From: Camelus ferus
Taxonomy: Eukaryota
Length of the DNA: 64,000 bases
NCBI RefSeq assembly: GCF_009834535.1
Contig: NC_045696.1
Location: 25,980,001 to 26,044,000, forward strand
Direction of reading: 5' to 3'
In this document: positions 25,528 to 37,775 of the stretch, in pieces
Position numbering within the stretch: position 1 is the first letter of the stretch
Layout of the letters: the number at the start of each line of letters is the position of its first letter
Position numbers and translations under genes: made by a program
Notes under the pieces: model-generated
What the model was told of the DNA's origin: nothing
Database searches by the model: none
The model's input: the letters and a program-made list of their open reading frames with translations, nothing else

Positions 25528-25667
25528 TTTATTTATTTATTTTTTGTGAGGGGAGATAATTAGGTCTATTTATTTATTTATTTTTAGAGGAGGTACTGGG
25601 GATTGAACCCAGGACCTCGTGCGTGATGCTAAGCATGTACTCTACCTCTTGAGCTACACTTCCCCCA
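25528..25667 (-). mobile_element. tRNA-Ala-derived camelid SINE (vic-1-like) with TSD
   Basis: Reverse complement reads 'gggggaagtgtagctcaagaggtagagtacatgcttagcat...gaggtcctgggttcaatccccagtacctcc'. TSD CAAGC(C/A)AGTGAATTA at 25513-25527 and 25672-25686. Confidence 0.93.
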
Positions 25668-25784
25668 CAAGCAAGCAAGTGAATTAAAAAAATACATTAT
25701 AGTAAGATCCTAACAAGCAGAACACCTTTCAGTTGATGTTGTATCATTAAGGTGAGAGGCCAAGGTTGAAGTGGGAACAAAGGT

Positions 25785-25935
25785 CCTTTCTTCCAGTCCT
25801 AGCTATAGATCACTTCCCATAAATTACCTGTTAGCTGTGTGACCTCAGGAAAGTTAGTTAATTTTTGAGTCTGAGTTTTCTTCACTTATAAATTTGGATC
25901 AGGATTCTAACATTACAAAGTTGTTATGATACTTG
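25785..25935 (+). mobile_element. MIR core fragment
   Basis: 'tagctgtgtgacctcaggaaagttagttaatttttgagtctgagttttcttcacttataaa'. Confidence 0.7.
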
Positions 25936-26007
25936 TATATATAATTTTATGTTATACAAGTTTATTTATGACTCAAAGATTGGAAATGTTTCAAAAATAT
26001 ACATACT

Positions 26008-26130
26008 TTTCATTAATTTAAGCAAATGATTATAATATGCCTACTGTGTGTCAGGTTCAGTTCAAGGTATTAGGTTATATCAGTGAATAAATTAGAAAAA
26101 AGTAATGGCCCCATGGAGCTTCTTTTCTCA
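26008..26130 (-). mobile_element. L2 3' terminal fragment
   Basis: 'cattaatttaagcaaatgattataatatgcctactgtgtgtcagg...cagtgaataaa...ccccatggagctt'. Confidence 0.7.
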
Positions 26131-26199
26131 GTGCTTACATCTTCAGTGCAGAAACTTGAAAGATAAATGAATGTAAATATACAAAAATAAAATCATTAA

Positions 26200-26960
26200 G
26201 AAGTCTGCTGTTAATGATTTGTGGATGACTATATTTTTGTATGTTTTTATGTGAATCTGTGTTTTGCATTCTTTTCCAGTTTATCATTGTAGCCTGCATC
26301 TTCTTGCTTATTTATATTTCATAAATATTTTCTCATATCGTATTCATCTTCACCATGGTGTTTAGTGGTGCACTTTTCATCCTGTGTTGTCTGCTAATTT
26401 TCTTATTCTTTATCATAGGCTATTTAAGTCATTTCCAGTTTTTCAGGATTACATATGAATATATAAACTATGAAGATGATGCTATGATGAAAATTCTTGC
26501 GCACATTCCTGATCATTTCTTTCAAATAAGTTCAGTTACATAGAATAGCTGAGTCAATGATTATTGATATTTTTAAGAGTCTTGTAAGTTCTTTTGTAAA
26601 GCTGTTTTGATTTAAACCCCCATCAATTATACCTGAGAGTCCAGATTTACTCATACTCTTTCTTTATGACATTTTCCTTTGCCAATATGGTAAATAAAAT
26701 TATTCTCTCATAATTTTACATTTTATTCCTATTGAAGGTAAAGCTTTTGTTATGTGAGGGTTAGCTTATTTTTTCTCCTTTTGTGAATTCCTATTCGTGT
26801 TCTTTAAATGTTTTTCTTACCAGAATGCCTTTTACCGATACTTGAGAGCTTGTTATATATGAAGTACATTGTCTTCCTTTCATGTTCCCGAATGTGTACA
26901 TACATAAAAGCTTTCCATTTTTATGTAGAAAACCTATCAAAGTAACCTCCATGATTTCCT
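26200..26960 (-). mobile_element. Very old L1 (L1ME/L1M5-like) fragment
   Basis: 'ggctatttaagtcatttccagttttt', 'gatgctatgatgaaaattcttg', 'agaatagctgagtca', 'tttgccaatatgg'. Confidence 0.55.
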
Positions 26961-28944
26961 AGTGATTATTTCAAAATCAAAACAGATGAAGTCCCATCAT
27001 TCTTTTACTACCCTGCTATATTGACAATATTAACATAACATTGCTTATTTGTAAATTTCTTATGTTAACTAGGTACAGAAGTAGTTTTTTTTTTTTTTTA
27101 AGAGTCCTGGAGTCTCTTACTTGTTTCCCTGTTGATATGTTTTATTGGTGAAGTTTTAGATACTGCTAGCGAAAAAGAGAAGATAACATTAAAGGGACTG
27201 AGATGTATAAACTCAGTGTATTCTTTACATGGTTGTCATTTCTACCTTCCCAATTCTGTTGGCTTGGTGGAACCTTAGATCTACACTGAGTCTTCGGATG
27301 AAAGATATCCCTATTACCCTCCAACATCTTTCCCCCAGAGATAGGCTGGAAGTATCTGAATAGTATACCTTATTTTTCTTATGTTATCACAGGCGGCTGA
27401 AAGGCTAAATATAGACAGACTCAGCCCTCCTAGTGTTTTACTATTGTTTTCTAATTGCATTTATCCTTTTAGATGAGTCTTGTTCTCTCCAGAGCCTCAT
27501 ATACCCTATCAACCAGATTTACCAACACCTTGAAAGATTTACTCATAGATTACTTTGCTAGACCCAGTTGGCATGTAAGTTTAAGACAACTGCATTAGTG
27601 GCCAAAGAGTGATTTAAAAAAAATGTCAAGTGTCAAGAGATTTAAAGTCTGACACTTCAGGAACTGTTAAAACCTCAGTAATATAAGGGCAAATATACAG
27701 TCTTTGGGATCTGTAAATATGAAAAGTAAATTATAAGCTGTAAGCTCAATGGGGCAGAACTATATATTTCTTTAATTTTTAAAAAAACTATGATATTCTT
27801 TAATTTTTTAACCTATGGTACCTATAACTTAAAGAAATATATAGTGTATTTTCCATACTCTTTATTATAATTTACCTGTGAGACTTGGAAATCTAGGCAC
27901 AAATCTTTAGCTCCTTATCAGATTTGACCATTAAGTAAAGGAATTATAAAACTGATTAGAAAATAGTTACTGATACTTTCTGGTAACAGGTTTTTTTGTA
28001 TTTTTTGTACATGGCTGTGTTAGAAAAGAATAATATCCTAAAATTTGGTTATTAATGAATGGGAAATCGTATTATTAAATTATTAGGTGAATCTCTTTGA
28101 AATCAGGCATTTAAAATGTATTTAAAATGGATTAAATTGAATACATATTTTCCTTTAGAAAAGAAGCTAATATATTCCCATGACTGACTCATAAAATTAT
28201 GAATATAAAGATAAGTATATTTTAATCTTTACCTCCAAAATACATATGATTTATTACAGGGTTGTGATTTTTATCCAATGTCTTAGTGTTGAATGATGGT
28301 GTTTAATAATACTGTAATACCTTATGTCAGAAGATTTATTGTGGTTTTAATTTCTCTGAGCCAGGAGACAGAGTACTTGAATGCGTTTGGTGATTATTGA
28401 CTGATAAGCAATAAAATGATCCTACATAAGACTCAGTAGCAAATGTTTCTTCAACTTCCTCTGATTAATATGGTCCTTTCGGTGTAATGTGTCAATTTTA
28501 TCAGATTCAAATTTATCACCAAACTAGCTGTAGTAATTTCAACTCTCGAAAAGGGCTACTTTGACTTTTATCATTATATTCACAAATAAGATTGTTTACA
28601 TCTCGGGAAAGTCCTTATGAAAAGTTACTCTTGATCACTGCTTGGTCAGCCAAAAATGCCTTTATCAGTGTTAGATGAAATAAATGAACTATATGTCTGC
28701 AGATTTTGAACATGTTAATTATTCTTAATAAGCTAATGAAAGTTTTCATCTGGTCACTAAATCTCTTGACCACTGACTTTTTAAGTACAATTATCTTTAT
28801 TCTTTACAGTATGAAAATATCTTCAATAATTGAAAGTGCTGGAAAATGAGGACCACTAACAGAAATGAAAATTCCAAAACAGAAAGTAATTCATATAAAC
28901 ATGTTTGACATGTTTCTAGTATAGTTGATACATTTCTAGTATCA

Positions 28945-29020
28945 GTTTAATTCAGCAAATATCTTTTAAACATCTGTATGTTAGACTGTGTGCTAGGTTG
29001 CAGGGTCACAAAAATGAATA
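28945..29020 (-). mobile_element. L2 3' terminal fragment
   Basis: 'attcagcaaatatcttttaaacatctgtatgttagactgtgtgctaggttgcaggg...aaaaatgaata'. Confidence 0.6.
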
Positions 29021-32000
29021 TATACTAAGAGAGAGATGAATGGATAGGAGATATCTACTCATTCTTTCTAGAATATGACATCTGAAATAACCAAGTTTGG
29101 AAGCATATAACTTTTAACTTTCCACTTCCTTTAATTTGCAATATACTTCTGTAATTATTTAGTTATATGGTAAAATGCATAATTGGGATATTGTGTGGCA
29201 AATAAGGTTTATAAGTGCAATTTCAAATTTTTCTGGGTCATTGAGACCAAAGGCCATTTAAATTAGAGTTGAAAGGTGAAGGCAGATTATAGAATAAAAA
29301 TTTTCCATTATGTGTTAGGTAATTTTTGAAAGGACAGTGATGAGGCCACTGGAGAGAAAGAACTGAGAATACATTTGTGATTTTCAAGGTAACAAAAGAT
29401 TATGGAACCCAGACTGTCCTACTTCTAAGAATTTCATCATTCCTTGGTTAAAATCATGGTGCTAACGATTAGATTTCACTCACAGGGACATCAGATAACA
29501 ACTCTATTAAGAACTTTGAAATCTTCAAAAGAAATCTTGGCACTGCATTTATTCAATATTTGAAATCTAATATGTGTAAAACACAGATGTATGGGAATCA
29601 TGTACATCTAATGGATTGCGTGTTTTGCAAAAGCAAAGAAAATGCAATTTTGTGCTCTGCTCAACTAAAAGGTATTCTGTCTTGAGATTCCTTTAGTTTC
29701 TATGCTTACTCCTAACAAAAATTCACCCAGTAATTTTATTTGGTATTTTAAATACTATTATTAAGAAAAATTGTACATATTCGGTTGTACATTAGGACAG
29801 TTTCTAAAGTAGAATTATTTACATAGGATAGTAATTTTTACTAGTCTGCCATATTTGGCTGTTATATATGTTGGAAGAGACAAAACATATCATAATTTTC
29901 TTATATATTTTATTCAGAGGGACATAAGTCTGATGGTGCCCTTATATTTATAAAATTACAACCAAAACTGTTCAGAAAAACAAGTGAAAACAACTGGTTT
30001 ATTGTATTTTCTTTCTCCAAAATTGCATTAGAGACATAGGAAGGTGAGGAAAAGTGGTTCTTCTGAGAAAATATTTTAAAGTTATTTCCACATAATCTTT
30101 TCCACCTTTTGTACATGATTTGTGACCTTTTAAAAACCTGAAGAGTTAAAAAAAATTATCACATATTTAACTTTTTATTTTTCTACAACTGATTCTGATC
30201 AAAGCATTCTTTAAAGATTAAAAACATGTACCTGACTTTTAACCTACTGATCTATTCCTCTCAGACAACATAACATGATACTTTGCTTTCCAGGTATCTG
30301 AGACTATGGTATTAAAAACAGGAAGGGAAAACTGAAGGACAAAGGTTAACTTATGATGGTTCTTTCTAGGTCTCCATGTTGGCACAGGCATATGCTATAT
30401 ATACGCCCTTTCAATTATAAACCAATCGCTCTGCAGTGAGGATATTTATGAATGTTCACATCTCTACCTGTCAACACTCTCAAACCTTTTCAGCACCCAG
30501 TTTCTCAGTCTCTTCTTGATCAAAGCATGACCTGCTCACTAAGGCTTTCATAAGATAATAATTTAATAACAAACTCTGAGCCAGAAGACAAAGGAAAAGA
30601 CTGTGTAGGAGGCCACTGCTAATTTCCCTCTGAACATAATCAAATCAGTACAGCTATCCAGGCAGGACTCATAACCCTTAATAAGTCACTCTACTCGATT
30701 AAGAGAAATTGATTTTCCTCTACCGTGGATCATAGTGATTATGACGAATATGGTATCTGCTGTTCACTGCACTCCCCTCTTACTGCCAGTGTCCATTTGT
30801 TTGCAGGGCGGCAGGTAAACGAGCTAGAGGATGATGCTGTGTCATTAACTGCAGTTGGTATCAGCGCTTTGACAGCTGTGGAATTGAGTGGTTCCATACA
30901 TCAGCTTAGAAGTCAGTCATAAAAGCCTTGCAGGGCAGTTACACATTCCTGACAACACTACCTGCAGCTTTCAACATGCAAAACTCCTGGGTCATGATTT
31001 TTATTTGAAAATGTGGGAACGAAACAAAAGTGGTGGGGATGATAGTTTAAACTCTAGATTTATAATATGAAAAGTTATGTGGGAGCCAAATAGCAACATA
31101 GTACTTTGCCAAGGTTCTAACTTGATCCTCAAAGTGTTTGAAGTCTACAGTGGGAGGAGTGTATGTTAGTTATATGACTGCAAACAGATTGAGATTTCGA
31201 GATAAAGCAGTATCTTAAAATACAAATGTTGGTTGCAGAAACTTTGGACTTATATACTCTTCTGACCTTTCTGATCACTTGCACGAAGAATTTTGAAGTG
31301 ATTGATTTTATTTTGAATGATTCTCCGTCTCTTTACTTCATGTGATAACTCTTGGTACTCCATTTTAACATCAGTGGGGAAAACAGGGAAAGAAACATAC
31401 TGTCAGAGCAGATTTATTATAATTGCTGAGAGTTTTCATATAAACTTTCTATATAGTACATCAATTAAATGTTTATTTCTATAGTTAAAACAAGTTCTTA
31501 ACTTGATGTCTGAAAGGTATTTCATATGGCACAGTGCACAGAGATAGCAGTAGTAATAAGGATTTTTTTTTTACTACTTTTCCTCTTTTTAAAATATTCT
31601 GGGTTTGGGACTTTGTGTACGCTGTTAGTGTCAGACAGATATCTCCTAATTTCAGTGTTCTACATAGACTTGGTATTACGGAGTGAGGAATTATACACAG
31701 ATGTGAAATGTTATTTTTACCTATGGAGGCATAAAAAAAAGCAGACATCAGAGTTCTCTTCATGAAAATAATAGATGTATTTCTTTTGCTTAAAATTTTA
31801 TCTTGACTGAGTCAGACTTAAGATTTTTAAAAACTAGCTTTATCACTAAACACCAGTGTGCTATTTTCTATTAGGCTACACTAAATTGTCACATCTCAAC
31901 TGTTGTTCCATTGGAGAATAATATATTCTAGTTGTATTAAGGAAAATTAATCTGTTTAATTCATATATTTTATATAACTAAGAAAGGACAAGAAAATAAG

Positions 32001-34072
32001 ACTTTTTCCAGTTTTAAAAACGTGCTGTGAGTTTCATTTTATTCTTGGTACCATCACTAAAGAGTCTACTGCTCTTTAAAGTAACTTTACTAGTACCTTA
32101 TTTCTTAGCATTTCCCAAGAAAAGAAAGCCATCACAATGAGACTTAATGAAAGGGTATATACAATATCTTAACAAATTTAATTAGACTTCTATTTGCATT
32201 TAACTTTTTGTGTCTTAAGAAATAACAAACTAAATGATGATAAAAGTTGTTAAAACTCTGGCTCTACTCCCACCAGTTTTGAGGGAAATTCTCCTTCTGT
32301 TATGCAGGAGATTCTAATTGTACAGTCCAGTGAGCACAAACAAGTCTGTGCTTGAGAGGAACTCTCCAAATGGCTGCCTGACCGTAAAAGTCAATTGTCC
32401 AATGAGGAAATGTGGAGGAGGAATATATTTTGTTCAGTCCTGTCTGTCTATGCTGGGAACTTAATGAATGAAATACAGCCCAATATATTCATAATCATCT
32501 CTCTTAGAACTGGGCAATCCCTATATCTCCAATGACCTTGACAGAGAAGATCTCTGTGCAGCATTTCCAAGGAAAGGCAATTAAATTTGATGAAAATTGT
32601 TTAGCATTCACAATATTCCACACACCTTGGAAAACCTGGAATGCAAAGATGGGTCCAACACCTGTTTGAATCTATCACAAACTTTCCTTCTGATCATCCA
32701 AAAATTTTCCCTTACAATGTATAATTTTTATCTTTTATAATAAAGATTTAGATTATCTGAAGATACCAATTCTCCAGAACAATGCTGTAAGAAATTTTAG
32801 TTTCTTACTAGTTTTAATTTGCTCCTTCCTTTTTGCAGTAAATTACACATATTCTATTGAACAACAATAATGTTTTTTCATTGTGATTCTATTTAATGGA
32901 AAAATAGTTAATTACTCATAGTATCAATGATAATACAGTGTATCCTGGTGTCTACTGTACACTCTTAATTCACCAAACTACTTAAATCTGGTTTAAGGAA
33001 TTCCATCTCCATAATAGTTTAGATACCATGATACTTTCAAGATGGTAAGAGAATTGCATATGGAGTTCTTTTTGAGTAATCAGTGCATCTGTCACAGAAT
33101 CTCCTATGTATTTAGCCTACAATATTAAAAACACATACTTCATATTAGAGATACAGTATGGACTATGATTAGCAGAAAAGAAGGGACTAATCGTTACATA
33201 AAGAAATAAACTACTAGAACAACTAATAGAATGTTTAAGAGCTTTTAAATTAACTATGTGGAGTGAGTTTTTGAAACTTTTTTTGTGTGTGTATTTACCC
33301 CTTGGTTAAAGTTCTGTTTTAGTTCTAAGTCAACAGTATAACTAAAGAGAGAGGTGAAAGGACCTGGAATGAATGTCTCTGTGTTCTATTTTATGTCAGA
33401 AACTGGCCGTAAGTGAGCAAGTAGAACATGGATAACAGGGACAGTCTCAGAGCTTGTGGTGTCTTCAGCCAGTTGTGGCTTCCATGCTTGGTGAGGAGAA
33501 AACACATGCATGAATATAAGACTGGGAGTTTGACTGTGAAAAGAGAAAAATAAATGTCTGGTTCTGTGTTGAAAAACACAAGAGTTTCTGTACTGGACCA
33601 TGAGTTCACAACTGAACTGAATTTACATGTGTTTGTGATACAAGAATTTAGTATAATATTATACTCTATTAAAGGGAAAATGGTCAGGAGCAGTCTGAGC
33701 AGTTCTAATCTCTAAATCTGTACGAAAATAGGATTTAGTAGAGAATAGACAAAAAGAGCACAGAGGACAATTTAAAAAGTCTACATGTAAAATGTTACTG
33801 GGAGTTAATTGAATCATTCTCAAGAGTATGGAGTGGAGAGAAGCCACTTCCCACTGCCCCTGTACAAAAAAAATTATACACAGAAAACTTTTAGTTACAA
33901 ATGGATAATTTCCTGATGTAGAAAATCTGGTATTAGACAAGAAAATCTTCTGAATATTTTAATTGAAAAAACTCCTCCCATGTATTTTACTCCATTAATA
34001 TACTCTGTTCACATTTTAAAACAATTGAATTTTAAATCTAGTAATGGAATTATACTTCAAACCAAAACTTAC

Positions 34073-34684
34073 CTATGGTATATTAATCCTAAGAAACCTT
34101 GCAACCACATGTACTAACATTTGAAAAGCTTTACAATGAAAATAGGATTTACTGCCTAAATTTTGCTTTTGAGTTCTCCATCACTTGAGTGATTCGTAAT
34201 TGTGGTATGTAACACAGATACGAGACCAGTTCAATAACTTAGCAGTTCCTAGCTGTAAAAATCGACACATCCTCAGAGCAGAGAGGACATCGGTATACAT
34301 CAGTATTAGTGCTGTTTCTCACTTTCCAATAAGTTTTGTATTCCTGCAGGCTGTGTCTTCTGCACTCTTTGAGATTTTAAAAAGATTTCTCGTCTCCACT
34401 TTCTCCGAAGTTGGACAGCAGCCGAAGTAGCAGCTGCCTCACTAGTCACTTTTCTTCCCCTTGTTTTGATAATTATGAGCAAAAGGTCAGTCACTTTCTC
34501 ATCCAGGCAAATCCTGACAACCCCACATGTCAGAGCCTAAGTTATAGAAGACATGCTTGTCAACATCAAAAAACTGGGAGTGTATTTTTCTTCCTCGTAA
34601 CCAGCTTAAAGTCAAAACCCCACTGAAAACTGGAGGCAGGAGGGAATGAAGGAAGAGTGGCTGTGTGTCCTGCCGTTGTCAGCT
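34073..34684 (-). other. Candidate first exon (~612 nt, apparently untranslated) of an unidentified minus-strand transcript
   Basis: Begins at a CA dinucleotide whose A is 31 nt downstream of the first T of TATAAAAA, and ends at ATAG|GTAAGT (34072-34067). Locally CpG-enriched. Confidence 0.4.
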
Positions 34685-34795
34685 GCAGATATATAGTTCT
34701 AAGGAGATTTTTATAATTTTAAGCTCCACAACTGGACAGTTTCATTCCACTTGTTAAACATGGACTATGAGCGTCCTGATGGAATGCAAATGCTT
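34640..34795 (-). promoter_or_regulatory. Candidate TATA core promoter with TEAD (MCAT) and octamer motifs
   Basis: TATAAAAA on the - strand (34715-34708), CATTCC/GGAATG at 34643, 34743 and 34781, ATGCAAAT at 34784-34791. Confidence 0.45.
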
Positions 34796-36685
34796 CTGTT
34801 AGCAGTATGACCTTGTAGTACTTTAAACACAGAGGTTTTACTTTTATTGTGGCATTTTTTTCCTGAACCCAACTTAGCTTTTTAGATGAAGATGAAATGT
34901 TTTAATGCTGAGAGGGAGCCAAATAATGTTTTGTTTTTTTTTATAACCAGATTCTGAGTGAACTAAAAACTCAACTAGGACCATTATAGGAATAAAGACA
35001 CACAACTGAGTTCACTAAACACTGAAGGGGTAAGGAGAGAGATATATTCTTTACATTATGAAGTTTGGTATTAAGCTTGTATACTGCTCAGACTATGTCA
35101 GAGATTCACTTACACTTAATTATGCAGTACCTCCCAGTCTCCCTGAAGTCAGCATTCATAGAAATATGCATTATTGAGTCTGCTGGTAACTGACCCTGAA
35201 AACAAACAGAGCAAATGACACTCCTGTCAACATGTTAATTTCTCACACTTTCAATAATCCCAATTGATTTAAGAGAATAGGGTGTGAAATTAAAATTTAA
35301 CCCAGGGTCCCAATTTAGTACCTACTCAGAGTGAGCCTTCCTGTTTACATCAAACATTTACCTAAAATTCTTTGGGTCATTTTATTTTGAATACTTTAAG
35401 GGCTTTCTGTTTGAACAGAACCTGTAGAAATTCCTCTTTATCTTCTTCTTAGGAAGTAATAAATCTTTCTGTACAGTGAATCATTACTGTCAAGTCATTA
35501 TGCTGAACACCTTAAACTTAGAGGAAACATCAAAAAAAGAATTACCTCCTCATGTCTCACGTATTAAATCAAAATTTTTATTTGCTGCATTCTATGAGTG
35601 TTATATAGTGAGTCACCTATGGTATGTTGTGATAAATTGTGAGTTAGATTTTCACTCTCAGAATAAAAAAAAAAATTACTTTCCAAGAAAGTTATGACCC
35701 AGTGTGATAATTTAGGATTAAAAGGAAAGTGTGGTAAGTTTTCTGGAATGAACAAATCTAACCTAACCTTAAAGCAAGTAATATTTATCCCAGATTATTA
35801 AGAATTTAAGTCTGTGTGGAAATATAATGAGTTGTGGACATATAATTCCATGTTCTAGCCAAAGAGGGCTTACTCTGTCCTTTATATACTAATGTGCAAT
35901 ACATAAGCTACTTGGAAGAGGTGTACTTGTTTTATTAGCAGTCATTCTCCTTAGACATACATGTCTTCAGGCACAGTGATGTGCTCTCAGTGACACTCTT
36001 GAAGCCCATTGCTTTGATTTTCTTTTCCTCTCCATCGCCCTATTGCGTACCTTCCAATTGTTCACCTTCCATGACATCTCCAAGAATGAAGTCAAAGACT
36101 GGCAAATATACAGGTGTTTTGTCCCTTCTTTTTTTTTATCCCCTCCTCAGTTATTCAATTATGGTAATGGCATTTTGTGATATGCAGTTTCTGGATTTAT
36201 GACCCATTCTCCATAAGCATGAATCTGGACTGCGTGTGCATCTTTGATAAGGTTCTAATTGGATAGCAGTGACCTTTCTGAATGTAATTCAGGGAGGAAG
36301 ATTAAAAAGCAGCCCAGGAAGTGACAGGTTTGGGACAATAACGTATGAATTCGGCTCTGCTGGCAGGCAAGAGATGTAAGCTGTGATAAATTAGAGGCAG
36401 ACCAAACAGGCTTGCTGAATGAATGATTTTTCATTTCTGCCACATCCTTGGGTAAACCTCTATTGCAGAAATTGTGCTAACACTGCTGTATCTCCCTCCT
36501 CCTGTGTTATGCTACTTCTTTACTGATTGAAGAAGCTGGAAAATTTTTCAGTTAATGTAGTTTTGAGATTACTAAAGACCATATATCAATTAAAAGCATA
36601 GGCCCCAGTTAGCACATTTGTGTATTCTTACGAGTTTAACAGTGAGTATTTGGAAGAGAGCTGTCAAAACTCAGAAAAATCTTGG

Positions 36686-36806
36686 CCTCTTTCTCTCTCT
36701 CTCTCCTACTTTCTCTTCCTTTCTCGTATCTGTATGTCAGAACTATTAGAAATATACATGTGTGTATATACATACATACACATAATACACACACACACAT
36801 ACACAC
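36686..36806. repeat. (CT)n and imperfect (CA/TA)n microsatellites
   Basis: Directly visible. Confidence 0.8.
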
Positions 36807-37564
36807 TCAGATTCTGAGGAAAATCTTTGTCCAATTTTAAAGATTTAAATTTAAAGATTGTTTCTAAAGGAGAATCAATCTAATGAGGAAGCACCTAATC
36901 AATATTCTTATGTATTTGATAAAGTCATAAACTCTTAATATATTTTCAGTATATCAATATAATACCAATACAGTGAATATGTAGCAGAAATATACTTGTG
37001 TAGACAAGTATAATTAATTATATGTTCAAAGGTTAAGGATATACACACTAACTTGAAAATACATATATGTGTCACTTGTAGGCTGAGATATTTCTTCCCA
37101 AATTGACACTTTTTCTTAGTGCCAGTATGATAACCAAACATTAACTATATTACTATAATAAAATGTTAATTCAATGGAATTAACTTATTAAAAAGGAGAT
37201 ATTGTTAAGTTAAAATGTAGCTTTGTCAGGTGATTTTGTAACATCTGCCCTTTTTATTTTTATTTTTGGCTGTTGCAGCCTGTTGCTTATACACTTGGGA
37301 TAAAAAATAAATTATACAAGTAGCAGGCGAGTCAGTTCTTGGGCCTCCCTGCCAGGATTAATGGAGGGAGGAGTTCTGTCCTTTAACCTCTTCCTCACAC
37401 TCTTCACACATGAGCTCCTTCACGGAGCACAGGGCCTATCAATTCTGAATTTCCTTTAAAGGGACCCCCTCTGGAGCACGGGAGCCATAGGAGCACGGAA
37501 GGCAACTGCCTTTTCCCAGAGCCTGACGTGGGTCAAATATTAAGCTAAGTCTTTGTACATGAAG

Positions 37565-37775
37565 AATTGTGTTCTGGCCTCATCGTCACTCAGGGAAGTG
37601 CTGTTATTAGCTCTGTTTTTACAGGTGGGAAGTGTTGCCCCAAAATTCAGCACGAGGCTTGGCTCGCAGCAGTCATGATGCAGGTGGAAAACAAAATGAG
37701 TAAGGCCAGGTGTACTCACTAAGGTTACACTAATTGAGACCTGGCAAACCAGATTTGAATCTGGGCTTTGTGTAT
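37565..37775 (-). mobile_element. MIR fragment(s)
   Basis: 'tgttattagctctgtttttacaggtgggaa...aaggttacac...ggcaaaccagatttgaatctgggc'. Confidence 0.55.

Noticed and set aside
34073..34684. Assigning a gene name to the candidate first exon (nested genes such as LRRN3, FLRT3, PLN and FILIP1L were considered)
   Set aside because: No coding exon of any of them is visible in the window, and I cannot match their UTRs from memory with confidence.
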